The translations under genes and the position numbers were made by a program. Under the pieces are notes generated by a model. It was not told the DNA's origin and made no database searches. It worked only from the letters and a program-made list of their open reading frames with translations. A DNA stretch of 64,000 nucleotides from an uncultured cyanobacterium (GTDB taxonomy: Bacteria > Cyanobacteriota > Cyanobacteriia > PCC-9006 > JAAUQQ01): the NCBI GenBank assembly GCA_963718615.1, contig OY970368.1, positions 1,472,001-1,536,000 of the forward strand, given 5' to 3'. Below, piece after piece: positions 30,403 through 40,093 of the stretch. Positions within the stretch are counted from its first letter, which is position 1. The number at the start of each line of letters is the position of its first letter.

Positions 30403-31577
30403 AAATCCCCAACGCAGAATCAAGAGACATCATGGCCACTACAATTCTCAACACACTCAATTTGCTTGATGTTGTTGTTCTCACAGAAGACCTGCCACAA
30501 AACGCCCTCGTGCGGGGTCAAGTCGGTACTATCGTTGAAACCCTAGCCCCTGATATCTACGAAGTTGAGTTCAGCGATGACGCGGGGCAAACCTACGCTA
30601 TGCTTCCCCTCCACTCCAGCCAACTCTTATTGCTTCACTACCTACCCATCAAGACATCAGGGCAATCCGATAAACCCAAAGAAGATGCACAAGAAACAAC
30701 CATGGGAAATATCTATCAATTTGGCAAACGCGACAATATTGCAGGCGATCAAGTCAACCATCAAAACAATTTCAACGGTCCCATGTCTGGCCAAATCGGC
30801 AACACCTTCAACGACAACGCCCAAGCCAGCGACAACACCTTCAACCAAACCCACGAAAGCCAAACCCACGAAACCGCACCCCTTCCTCCCCTCGCCACCC
30901 ACGAACACCCCCTCGCCAACGCCAAAACCATTCTCTTCCTCGCCTCCAACCCCAAACAAACCGGCAGACTCCGCCTCGACCAAGAACTTCGCGACATCGA
31001 CGAAAGCCTCCGCCGCGCCCAACGCCGCAACCAATTCAACCTCGAAAACAAAGGTGCAATCCGCCTCCGTGACTTCACCCGCGCCGTCCTCGACCACACC
31101 CCCCAAATCCTCCACTTCTCCGGCCACGGCCTCGGCACGGCTCCCTCCACCGAACCCAATCCCCGCAAACCCATCGCCATCCCTAACCCCAACCGTCCAG
31201 ACCCCGAAGGCTTGCTCTTTGAAGACGATCAAGGCAACCCCAAACTCATCCCCAGCGAACAACTCGCCGCCCTTTTCGACCTCTTCTCCGACACCGTCGA
31301 ATGCGTCATCCTCAACGCCTGCTACTCAAAAAATCAGGCCGAAGCGATCGCCCAACACATCCCCTACGTCATTGGAATGGAGCGGTCCATTAGCGATCGC
31401 GGAGCCATTGAATTTGCCATCGCCTTCTACGACACCCTCGGCGCAGGCAAAGACATCGAATTCGCCTACAAACTGGCCCGTATCGCCCTCATGGAAAGCA
31501 ACGAGCAAGATATTCCTAAACTGATTCATAGCAAAAAGCGATCGCCCTCCGAAGAGAGCGATCGCTCGACAACCTAA
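30399..31577 (+). CDS. DUF4926 - N/Q/G-rich linker - CHAT (caspase-like) protease fusion
   Basis: DUF4926: LLDVVVLTEDLP...RGQVGTIVE...YEVEFSD. CHAT: ILFLASNP, LRLDQE, ILHFSGHG, VILNACYS, with the His/Cys dyad intact. Confidence 0.85.
   Translation: MKIPNAESRDIMATTILNTLNLLDVVVLTEDLPQNALVRGQVGTIVETLAPDIYEVEFSDDAGQTYAMLPLHSSQLLLLHYLPIKTSGQSDKPKEDAQETTMGNIYQFGKRDNIAGDQVNHQNNFNGPMSGQIGNTFNDNAQASDNTFNQTHESQTHETAPLPPLATHEHPLANAKTILFLASNPKQTGRLRLDQELRDIDESLRRAQRRNQFNLENKGAIRLRDFTRAVLDHTPQILHFSGHGLGTAPSTEPNPRKPIAIPNPNRPDPEGLLFEDDQGNPKLIPSEQLAALFDLFSDTVECVILNACYSKNQAEAIAQHIPYVIGMERSISDRGAIEFAIAFYDTLGAGKDIEFAYKLARIALMESNEQDIPKLIHSKKRSPSEESDRSTT
31533..31566 (-). terminator. Intrinsic terminator of psbA
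   Basis: The minus strand reads AGCGATCGCTCTC-TTCG-GAGGGCGATCGCT-TTTT: a 13-bp stem with one G-U pair, a C(UUCG)G loop and a U tract. Confidence 0.85.
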
Positions 31578-31615
31578 CTTATTCAGTTGTATGAACTCAA
31601 GCAATCAAGCAGTCA

Positions 31616-32698
31616 TTAACCGTTGATAGCAGGAGCAGTCAGAGCCACAGGAGCAGCATCACCGGAAGCGAGGTCGAGGGGGAAGTTGTGAGCGTTGCGT
31701 TCGTGCATCACTTCCATACCCAGGTTCGCACGGTTCAGAATGTCCGCCCAAGTCGACACCACACGCCCTTGGCTGTCAATGATCGACTGGTTGAAGTTGA
31801 ACCCGTTCAGGTTGAACGCCATCGTCGAGACTCCCAACGAGGTCATCCAAATACCCACCACAGGCCAGGCTGCCAAGAAGAAGTGCAGCGAACGGCTGTT
31901 GTTGAACGAAGCGTATTGGAAAATCAGACGACCAAAGTAACCGTGCGCGGCAACGATGTTGTAGGTCTCTTCTTCTTGTCCAAACTTGTAGCCGTAGTTC
32001 TGAGATTCTACTTCAGTGGTCTCACGCACCAAGGAAGAAGTCACCAACGAACCGTGCATTGCGGAGAACAAGCTTCCACCGAAGACGCCAGCCACACCGA
32101 GCATGTGGAAGGGGTGCATCAGAATGTTGTGCTCAGCCTGGAACACGAACATGAAGTTGAACGTACCGGAAATACCCAGGGGCATACCGTCAGAGAACGA
32201 ACCTTGACCAATGGGGTACACGAGGAAAACGGCACTCGCTGCTGCTACAGGTGCAGAGTAAGCAACGCAAATCCAAGGACGCATGCCGAGGCGGTAGGAG
32301 AGTTCCCACTCACGACCCATGTAGGCAAAGATGCCGATGAGGAAGTGGAACACCACCAATTGGTAAGGGCCACCGTTGTACAACCACTCATCTAGAGAAG
32401 CTGCTTCCCAGATGGGGTAGAAGTGCAGGCCAATGGCGTTGGAAGAGGGCACAACCGCACCAGAGATGATGTTGTTGCCGTAGAGCAAGGAGCCAGCAAC
32501 AGGCTCACGGATGCCGTCAATGTCGACGGGGGGAGCTGCAACAAAGGCGACGATGAAGCAGACGGTCGCTGCGAGCAGCGTGGGGATCATCAGGACGCCG
32601 AACCAACCGATGTAGACCCGGTTATTCGTGCTGGTGACCCACTCACAAAACTGCTGCCACACCGACGCGCTTTCGCGACGTTGAATCGTGGTAGTCAT
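31616..32698 (-). CDS. psbA: Photosystem II D1 protein (360 aa, Glu130 form)
   Basis: Canonical D1 sequence; YMGREWE; Mn-cluster ligand motif [14 protein letters not shown] intact. Confidence 0.99.
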   Translation of the reverse strand: MTTTIQRRESASVWQQFCEWVTSTNNRVYIGWFGVLMIPTLLAATVCFIVAFVAAPPVDIDGIREPVAGSLLYGNNIISGAVVPSSNAIGLHFYPIWEAASLDEWLYNGGPYQLVVFHFLIGIFAYMGREWELSYRLGMRPWICVAYSAPVAAASAVFLVYPIGQGSFSDGMPLGISGTFNFMFVFQAEHNILMHPFHMLGVAGVFGGSLFSAMHGSLVTSSLVRETTEVESQNYGYKFGQEEETYNIVAAHGYFGRLIFQYASFNNSRSLHFFLAAWPVVGIWMTSLGVSTMAFNLNGFNFNQSIIDSQGRVVSTWADILNRANLGMEVMHERNAHNFPLDLASGDAAPVALTAPAING

Positions 32699-32751
32699 TT
32701 CTTATGATTCCTTAATGGATGATGAGTGAACACTTCGTTCGCTCTGCACAT

Positions 32752-32780
32752 ACATTAGCAAGGTTCTAAAGTTTTGTAAA
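32752..32780 (-). promoter_or_regulatory. psbA promoter with an overlapping HLR1-like (RpaB) site
   Basis: TTTACA-17 nt-TAATGT; the direct repeat TTTACAAA-ac-TTTAGAAC overlaps the -35 box. Confidence 0.6.
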
Positions 32781-32822
32781 CAAAGTTTGCTAAACCTAAC
32801 GACTGATTTCTCATAAAACCTT

Positions 32823-32860
32823 AAAAAATAAGGGGCTCAACCCCTGCGAGTCTAGCCCCT
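32823..32860 (-). terminator. Putative terminator downstream of the HIT gene
   Basis: AGGGGCT/AGCCCCT stem followed by a T-rich tract on the minus strand. Confidence 0.5.
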
Positions 32861-32918
32861 AAGTCCTTTCTGGCCATTGCATCAACGACAGCAGGAATTG
32901 TTAAGTTGTGCAAAACGA

Positions 32919-33305
<387 letters not shown>

Positions 33306-33346
33306 TTATCCATGGCTGCTATCCATGGCTGCCTGTGGGGAGAGTG

Positions 33347-33943
33347 TCAATGGGAAATTGACTCGGAACCAATATTGGGAGACAGGGCCAGTTGAGTGGC
33401 ACCTGCTTGCATCTGGATCATCTCCGCCTCTGTCCAGACCCGAGGACCCCGGCATTGATGGGCGACGAGGAGTCCCCAGAGGGTATTGGGCTTCGTCAAC
33501 ACAGGAACCACAAGGTTGGCTTTGACTTGGATACTGTGGAGAAATTCAAGGTGGCAATCGCGGAGGTTGGCGGCATCAACGTCGGCAGTCGCTTTCACCC
33601 GCCCCTCCAGATACATTTGGGCATAGTCCTGATTAAAACAGTCATCTGCACCGGTCATGCCGACGATCGACAAAGACGCATCACTGAGGGATTCGAAGGT
33701 CACTTGACCTCTCCACCGCCGATAGAAGTAGTAGAGAACGACGCGATCGCTTTGCAGCTCTTGCCGCAGTTGCTCAATCACATGATAGACCAGCTCGTCT
33801 TGGGAAAGTTTCTGAGAAAGGCGTTGGACCATCCGCTGTAGTCCCGGTTGAGAGGATCCGAGGGGAAGTTGTTTCTCTAAGCCAGGCGTGTTTTTAGGTT
33901 CGTTTTGAGGCATGGACAGGGGATGGGAAGGCTCAGGAGGCAT
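33347..33943 (-). CDS. Stand-alone GAF protein, probable dual-Cys (DXCF) cyanobacteriochrome
   Basis: DRVVLY, DDCF, DCHLEFL, VKANLVVP, LWGLLVAHQC; no output domain. Confidence 0.8.
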   Translation of the reverse strand: MPPEPSHPLSMPQNEPKNTPGLEKQLPLGSSQPGLQRMVQRLSQKLSQDELVYHVIEQLRQELQSDRVVLYYFYRRWRGQVTFESLSDASLSIVGMTGADDCFNQDYAQMYLEGRVKATADVDAANLRDCHLEFLHSIQVKANLVVPVLTKPNTLWGLLVAHQCRGPRVWTEAEMIQMQAGATQLALSPNIGSESISH

Positions 33944-34031
33944 GGAAAAAACGGATAGATTGCATCAATGGGGCGCATTGTTTTTAGTGTAGTGCAGCGG
34001 ATCAAACCCGGCAGACTCAAAACCGGCAGAC

Positions 34032-35087
34032 TCAAAATCTGGTTCCCCGATACAGCCGCTGCTGTCGCTGGGCCAACCGTCGCGCGAATTGGGGTAAATC
34101 GCCCCGCCGCCCCATGACAATGAGTGTATCTCCTTCATGTAAAAATACTTCGGGACTCGGGTGAATCACCATTTGCCCATCCGCCCGCCGCAAGGCCACG
34201 ACAATAAATGAATTCTGTCCCCGCACTTCCACCGTGCCGATGCTTGCCCCTGCTAGCTCCGACTGCGGCGTAATCGGCAGCTCATCTAGTTGAACATGCA
34301 CCTGGGAGAGAATCTCATTCAAACTGGATAAGCTGTTGCTGGTATCCAAAAAATCTAGAGAAGCAGGATGGGTAATGAGGTGGGCCATGCGGGTTGCGCC
34401 GATCGCTGCGGGCAATACCACCCGATTGGCCCCCGCTTGTAGCAGCTTCTTCTCCGTGGACGATTGCTCTCCCCTCGCCAAAATCATGAGCTGTGGATTG
34501 AGATCCCGAGCCGTCAGCGTAATAAATACATTGAGCGCATCATTGGGTAGCACCGTCGCCAGAGCGGTTGCGCGGGCAATCCCCGCGTCTTGCAAAATCC
34601 GTTCATCCGAGGCATCGCCCAAACGCACCAAATAGCCCAGGGCTTGGGCCTGCTCAATGCGTCCCTCATCCCGGTCCACTACCACAAACTGCTGTTTGGC
34701 CTCCACCAATCGTCGGGCCAAGAGCACCCCCATTCGTCCAAACCCGCAGATAATCACATGGCGATTTAACTGTTCAATGTCCCGCGTCATCCGTCTTGCC
34801 CCCAAGGCGCGATTGATTTCTCCTTCCGTCACCATCTGCAAAAAACCGCCCACGATATAAACCGCTGAAGAGGTTCCTGCGATGATGACAAACATCGTAA
34901 AAAGCCGCAGTTCGGGGCTGAGAATCGGCTTGACTTCCCCATAGCCCACTCCAAAAATCGTAATCACGACCATGTAGATGGCTTCCATCCAGGTCCAGCC
35001 CGCCAGCCGATAGCCTGCCACCGCAATCAGCAACGTCAATACAAAAAAGACCGCACCCACAAGGATGCGCTGAAGCGAAGTCTTCAT
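34032..35087 (-). CDS. Potassium channel protein with RCK (TrkA-N/C) domains
   Basis: Two TMs with TIFGVGYGE filter; CGFGRMG Rossmann motif; TrkA-C domain. Confidence 0.9.
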   Translation of the reverse strand: MKTSLQRILVGAVFFVLTLLIAVAGYRLAGWTWMEAIYMVVITIFGVGYGEVKPILSPELRLFTMFVIIAGTSSAVYIVGGFLQMVTEGEINRALGARRMTRDIEQLNRHVIICGFGRMGVLLARRLVEAKQQFVVVDRDEGRIEQAQALGYLVRLGDASDERILQDAGIARATALATVLPNDALNVFITLTARDLNPQLMILARGEQSSTEKKLLQAGANRVVLPAAIGATRMAHLITHPASLDFLDTSNSLSSLNEILSQVHVQLDELPITPQSELAGASIGTVEVRGQNSFIVVALRRADGQMVIHPSPEVFLHEGDTLIVMGRRGDLPQFARRLAQRQQRLYRGTRF

Positions 35088-35324
35088 AGGCAGGGCGGAC
35101 CCCAGCAGGGTCAAGGACAGGGTCGAGAACGGATACAGGAGGGACGATGGCAATCATGCTCCCTATGGTGCAGCAAAGGCCCTGGGCGATCGCGTATCTA
35201 AAGTTACTAAAGCAAGTTACTCAAGCAAAACTCCCCTAAAATTAAGACCGTGGTTGAGGGTAAGGGTTTTGGGATCGCTTAGGAGATAATAGAAAGCACG
35301 TTATTACTGCGCTGCCATTCTTCT

Positions 35325-36536
35325 ATGAGTCCGAACTTTCAATCCCTGGCCGATCGCTACAAAACGGCACTTCTAGAAGATGTTTTGCCTTTTTGGCAGC
35401 AGCATTCGTTGGACCAGGAATTTGGGGGATATTTTACCTGTCTCGATCGCGCAGGTCAGGTGTTTGATACGGATAAGTTTATCTGGTTGCAAAATCGGCA
35501 GGTGTGGCTGTTTTCAATGTTGTTTAATCAACTGGAGCCGCGCCAAGATTGGCTAGCCATGGCGAGTCATGGGGCGGAGTTTTTGGCGAAGCATGGGCGG
35601 GACGGGGTAGGAAATTGGTATTTTGCCCTCGATCGCCAGGGTCAGCCGCTGGTTCAGCCCTACAACATTTTTTCGGACTGTTTTGCAGCGATGGCCTTTA
35701 GCCAGTATGGGCGGGCGTTGGGTTCGGTACCGGGATTAGAGGGGGAAGCGGAGGGGGCGAAGGCGATCGCCCTCCAAGCCTACGAAAATGTCCTCCGTCG
35801 CCAGGACAATCCCAAGGGGCAATACAGCAAAGCCTATCCGGGAACTCGCCCGATGAAGTCCTTGGCGGTGCCGATGATTTTGGCGAATTTGACCCTGGAG
35901 ATGGATTGGCTGTTGTCGGGCGAACAGTTAGACGAGGTGTTGGACCAGACGGTGCGAGAGGTGATGACGGATTTTTATAGGGGCGATCGGGGTCTGCTGT
36001 TTGAAAATGTGGCTCCGGATGGGTCAAGAATCGATTGTTTTGAGGGGCGGTTGATTAATCCAGGCCATGGAATTGAAGCGATGTGGTTCATCATGGAAAT
36101 TGCCCAGCGGCGACAGGATCTGGTCTTGATTGAGGAGGCGATCGATCGGGTGATCAATATTTTGAAGTTTGGCTGGGATGAGCAATATGGCGGTATTTTC
36201 TATTTTCTGGATGGGGAAGGACGTCCGCCCCAGCAATTGGAGTGGGATCAAAAGCTGTGGTGGGTCCATCTAGAAACGCTGGTGGCGTTGGCGATGGGAT
36301 ATCGGTTAACGGGTCGGCAAGATTGCTGGGCTTGGTATGAAAGGGTGCATGACTATACCTGGAATCATTTTGCGGATCCGGCGCAGGGGGAATGGTTTGG
36401 TTATCTCAATCGGCAGGGAGAAGTGTTGCTGAACCTCAAGGGAGGGAAGTGGAAAGGATGTTTTCATGTGCCTCGGGCGCTGTATTTATGTTGGCAGCAG
36501 TTTGAGGCTTTGGACCAGATTCAAACGTCTCGTTAG
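35325..36536 (+). CDS. N-acylglucosamine 2-epimerase (AGE family)
   Basis: Motifs [36 protein letters not shown]. Confidence 0.92.
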   Translation: MSPNFQSLADRYKTALLEDVLPFWQQHSLDQEFGGYFTCLDRAGQVFDTDKFIWLQNRQVWLFSMLFNQLEPRQDWLAMASHGAEFLAKHGRDGVGNWYFALDRQGQPLVQPYNIFSDCFAAMAFSQYGRALGSVPGLEGEAEGAKAIALQAYENVLRRQDNPKGQYSKAYPGTRPMKSLAVPMILANLTLEMDWLLSGEQLDEVLDQTVREVMTDFYRGDRGLLFENVAPDGSRIDCFEGRLINPGHGIEAMWFIMEIAQRRQDLVLIEEAIDRVINILKFGWDEQYGGIFYFLDGEGRPPQQLEWDQKLWWVHLETLVALAMGYRLTGRQDCWAWYERVHDYTWNHFADPAQGEWFGYLNRQGEVLLNLKGGKWKGCFHVPRALYLCWQQFEALDQIQTSR

Positions 36537-36554
36537 AGGTTGCTTTCGACTCAG

Positions 36555-38042
36555 CTATTTAGGGGGAAGCAGGCGAGCACGCTGTTGAACAGTGGTATCA
36601 ATTCTCCGCAATATATTTGCACCCAGGGTGTAAGCGTATAGGCTGGCTGGCTCAAATTGAAATCGCACCCCCTTATATAAAAAGTTATTATCCCTAACGG
36701 TTCGACTCGTGATTAAAATTGGCTGGGATACACCAGGGTTCTTCTTGACGAATGCTATACAGTTTTCAAGCTCAGCGTGTGAATTATAGGGACGGTCACT
36801 CCACTTAACTTCGACCATCCAGGATGGTGATTGGTGTGCTTGATCTAAATGGACAATATCAATTTCTCCTTTATCCCAGCGAGCATAGTAAAGCTCAATG
36901 ACTTTGCTATGTTGCCACTGGCTAAAAATAGCAGTTTCTGTCAGCGCCCCCATAGCTTCAGAGTTTATTTCTAGCTGTCCAAACAAAGCTGCCCGCATAG
37001 ATGGATTAGTCAAATAGACTTTGAAGCACATTGCCCTCTTGAATCGCTTTGCATTTTGATCAATTCTCTCAACACGGCGGATTAAGAACGCAGCTTCTAG
37101 ATATTCGAGATAACGCTTAATGGTATTCTTGGCCACACCAGAGGATTTTGACAACCCTTCTAAACTCACTTCGTTACCAGAGTTATACGCCAAAGTCGTG
37201 AAAAGTCTATTCAGTTCTTGGATGTCGCTAATCCCATAAAGACTGGGCAAATCTCGCAGCAAAACTTTATCAATAATGTCGCTTTTAATATACTGACCAG
37301 GGTTTTGCCGAATCGTTTCTGAAAAAACTGCTTCTGGATATCCACCGAAATTTAGATAGTTGACAAATTCATCATTTAATTCCTTAATATTTCGAGATAA
37401 ATATTTGTATTTTTGCGGAGCATATTCATAGTCTTCCTGATCATACAACTCAGATAGAATTAGTTCATCTTCTTTTTCGATGAACATCAAATATTCAGCA
37501 AACGTTAGTGGAGGTAAAACATAATCACTGAATCGACCAGCTCCGGATTCAGTACTTTTCAGGCGTAGTGCAGCTGCGGCAGAGCCTGTAGCAATGAAAC
37601 GGTAGCGAGGAAATGAGTCAACGAGGGACTTAAGATGGATTTCCCATTCACGCAAATACTGAATTTCGTCAAAAAAAACAAAGAGCTTTGAATCACGTTC
37701 ATGATTAAATAACTCTTGAAAATAACTGAGTATTCGCTCTAAAGCCAGTCCGGTATAGATCGGGGTTTCGAGGGACACATATAAAACTTTTCTGGCGTTA
37801 ACACCAGAATCTAAGAGCATCCGAATACTGTGATAGACCATGACCGTCTTACCGACACGCCTCGGTCCCATGAGAACGATTGCTCTATTTATACTTGCAT
37901 CTAGAATATTCTGAGAGAAAGCCTCAAAGTACTTTCGCCGTGGTGTCTCCTCGTAGAGGATCTTTCCTTTAGCACCGTCCTCCCACCAAGGATTATCAAA
38001 TTGAAGGCGAGATATGATGTCTTCTTTGGCGATCTCAAGCAT
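36555..38042 (-). CDS. AAA_14 ATPase with DUF4143 C-terminal domain
   Basis: Motifs GPRRVGKT, FFDEIQ, ATGS, GGYPE, EID...EVKW; AT-rich, no HIP1. Confidence 0.88.
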   Translation of the reverse strand: MLEIAKEDIISRLQFDNPWWEDGAKGKILYEETPRRKYFEAFSQNILDASINRAIVLMGPRRVGKTVMVYHSIRMLLDSGVNARKVLYVSLETPIYTGLALERILSYFQELFNHERDSKLFVFFDEIQYLREWEIHLKSLVDSFPRYRFIATGSAAAALRLKSTESGAGRFSDYVLPPLTFAEYLMFIEKEDELILSELYDQEDYEYAPQKYKYLSRNIKELNDEFVNYLNFGGYPEAVFSETIRQNPGQYIKSDIIDKVLLRDLPSLYGISDIQELNRLFTTLAYNSGNEVSLEGLSKSSGVAKNTIKRYLEYLEAAFLIRRVERIDQNAKRFKRAMCFKVYLTNPSMRAALFGQLEINSEAMGALTETAIFSQWQHSKVIELYYARWDKGEIDIVHLDQAHQSPSWMVEVKWSDRPYNSHAELENCIAFVKKNPGVSQPILITSRTVRDNNFLYKGVRFQFEPASLYAYTLGANILRRIDTTVQQRARLLPPK

Positions 38043-38205
38043 GGATCTAAGATTAGAGCTCTAATCTTAGCTTAGTCAAAACAAGTACTAGAGTCAATCG
38101 ATTAATCTTAACTTTGCAATCTTAATCTTGTAATCTTAACTTTGGAACTAGGCTTCGGCACGACTGATACAACCTAATTAGATCAATCGTTCTATTCCGA
38201 TTGCG

Positions 38206-39195
38206 TTAAGCTATCCCCTCCGTTCGAAACCAATCCACGGCATCAGCCACCGCTTCGCGAATTGACGACTGTGGCAACCCCAACGCTGCGATCGCCTTCC
38301 CCGCATCGTAATACATTCGCTGTGACGACATCCGCACCCCATCCAACGGTACCGTCGGGTCATACCCCAGTTTAGCCAGCAACTTTTCTTCTGTCCAAGC
38401 CACCGCCAGCGGTAGCCACAGCGGTACTGTCGTCTGCGGAGCAGGTAGGCCCGTTACTTCTCCCAGCAACTCTAGTAACGCCTTCAGGGAAGTATTTTGA
38501 TGCCCCAGAATATACCGCTCTCCCGATCGCCCCTTTTGTAACGCCAACCAATGGCCCATCGCCACATCCCGCACATCAATCAAGTTTAACCCCGTATCCA
38601 CATAGGCCGGCATCTGTCGTCGCAAAAACCGCAGAATAATATCCCCCGTTGGTGTCGGCTTTAAATCCCGAGGACCAATCGGCGTTGAAGGATTCACAAT
38701 CACAATATCCTGCCCCGCCTGAGCCGCTTTGACGGCTTCCTGTTCCGCCCAGTATTTGGATTTTTTGTAATCGCTGATCAACTTTTCCGGTGGTGATTGA
38801 TAGGCTTCATCCGTAATCTGACCATCGCCGCGCACCCCGATCGCCGCCACAGAACTCGTATAGACGGTCCGTTCAATGCTGCCAGCCTCTTTTGCTGCTG
38901 CAAGGACATTGCGGGTGCCGAGGACATTGGCTGCTTGGAGGTGGGGGCGATCGCGCTGCCACAAGGAATACAACGCCGCCACATGGAAACAATACCGACA
39001 GCCTTTCATCAACTCCGCTATTTTCGGATCATTGAGCGACCCTTTGACAATTTCTATATCCAATCCAGCCAAGTTGCTCAGGTCACTTTCAGGCCGTACC
39101 AGTGCCCGAACCAAGCAGCCTTGTTCCAGCAACAACCGTACTAAATTTGCACCCACAAACCCAGTAGAACCTGTGACGAATACCCGATCATTCAT
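38206..39195 (-). CDS. hpnA: Hopanoid-associated sugar epimerase (extended SDR)
   Basis: Motifs TGSTGFVG, HVAALYSLW, YKKSK, KPTPTG. Confidence 0.85.
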   Translation of the reverse strand: MNDRVFVTGSTGFVGANLVRLLLEQGCLVRALVRPESDLSNLAGLDIEIVKGSLNDPKIAELMKGCRYCFHVAALYSLWQRDRPHLQAANVLGTRNVLAAAKEAGSIERTVYTSSVAAIGVRGDGQITDEAYQSPPEKLISDYKKSKYWAEQEAVKAAQAGQDIVIVNPSTPIGPRDLKPTPTGDIILRFLRRQMPAYVDTGLNLIDVRDVAMGHWLALQKGRSGERYILGHQNTSLKALLELLGEVTGLPAPQTTVPLWLPLAVAWTEEKLLAKLGYDPTVPLDGVRMSSQRMYYDAGKAIAALGLPQSSIREAVADAVDWFRTEGIA

Positions 39196-39261
39196 TTGTC
39201 TTTGCTTATTCCCTCGTGATCCGATTCTACACCCAGGAGAATGATGTGTTGTTTCTTTATG

Positions 39262-39573
39262 CTATAAAGCGTTGATCTTGTCGGTCAGATGCTGATCGTG
39301 AAACAGGTCTATTCCTACCGCTGACTTGATTAAATAGAGCAGGATTGCCAAACTCAGACTGACAAACACATTCAGACTAATTAATAAAAATGCCGCAACC
39401 AGTCCATTCACGACTCGCTCCGTCCCCGTGAGTTGGCGATCGCGACTCTTCTCCCGTCGCTCTTTCCCCATCAACAAAACTACATAATAGCGAGACACCA
39501 AAAGATTGATCCCAAACCGGACATCCAACACCTTATTTTTAGTATCCGTATCTGTCAGAGGGCCGTCTGTCAT
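39262..39573 (-). CDS. Small membrane hypothetical protein
   Basis: MTDG...LDVRFGINLLVSRYYVVLLMGKERR...LYLIKSAVGIDLF; ATG overlaps the upstream TGA. Confidence 0.65.
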   Translation of the reverse strand: MTDGPLTDTDTKNKVLDVRFGINLLVSRYYVVLLMGKERREKSRDRQLTGTERVVNGLVAAFLLISLNVFVSLSLAILLYLIKSAVGIDLFHDQHLTDKINAL

Positions 39574-40016
39574 ACCAACCACCCTAGGGCCAAAGCCCCG
39601 CCCCACCAGAACGTCAATAAATATCGCCAAATTTGTGCAGGACCCCGCCGTTGCCACAGTTGAGACGTAAACGCCAGTAGGTTCAACAACAACATGCCCA
39701 AAAACCACAGCAGAAGCAGCGTCATCGCCCATTGAGACGGTGCATTCCAGGGAGAGATCGCCTCCCAAGGCCCTGGCCAAGGCCGACGGGCTACGGCAAC
39801 CCACAGCAGCAGGGTGAGGCCAAGATTAGACAAGAAGATCGATTCAGTTGTCGTCCAAACAATATACAGGAGGACGAGGAACGTGGCGATCGCCAAGCCC
39901 TCAGGAGCCTCAAACAGCCGCAAGAGCCATCCCCCCGCGAAGCAACCCAGCGGAGCCAAAACCAGGCCGATTTGACCGAGGAAAAGAGCAGGGTATTTTT
40001 TTGCAGAAAGCTCCAT
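39570..40016 (-). CDS. Hypothetical membrane protein
   Basis: Trp/Leu-rich multi-TM ORF, translationally coupled to the next gene. Confidence 0.6.
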   Translation of the reverse strand: MELSAKKYPALFLGQIGLVLAPLGCFAGGWLLRLFEAPEGLAIATFLVLLYIVWTTTESIFLSNLGLTLLLWVAVARRPWPGPWEAISPWNAPSQWAMTLLLLWFLGMLLLNLLAFTSQLWQRRGPAQIWRYLLTFWWGGALALGWLV

Positions 40017-40093
40017 GCAACCCCATGAGACTGAATCAACGCCCCTAGCCTAGACAATCGCAGCGGGTCTCCCCAGTGGGGAATTACGGACGT

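Noticed and set aside
30565-31524. 319-aa Ser/Pro/Thr-rich overlapping ORF
   Set aside because: A shadow frame produced by the C-rich codon bias of the CHAT gene.
31688-32395. 235-aa ORF antisense to psbA
   Set aside because: A typical antisense shadow of a highly biased gene; the same applies to 11392-12225 and 56420-57289.
39262-39804. 180-aa ORF as listed in the track
   Set aside because: It overlaps 39570-40016; the likely start is ATG 39573, coupled to the upstream stop.
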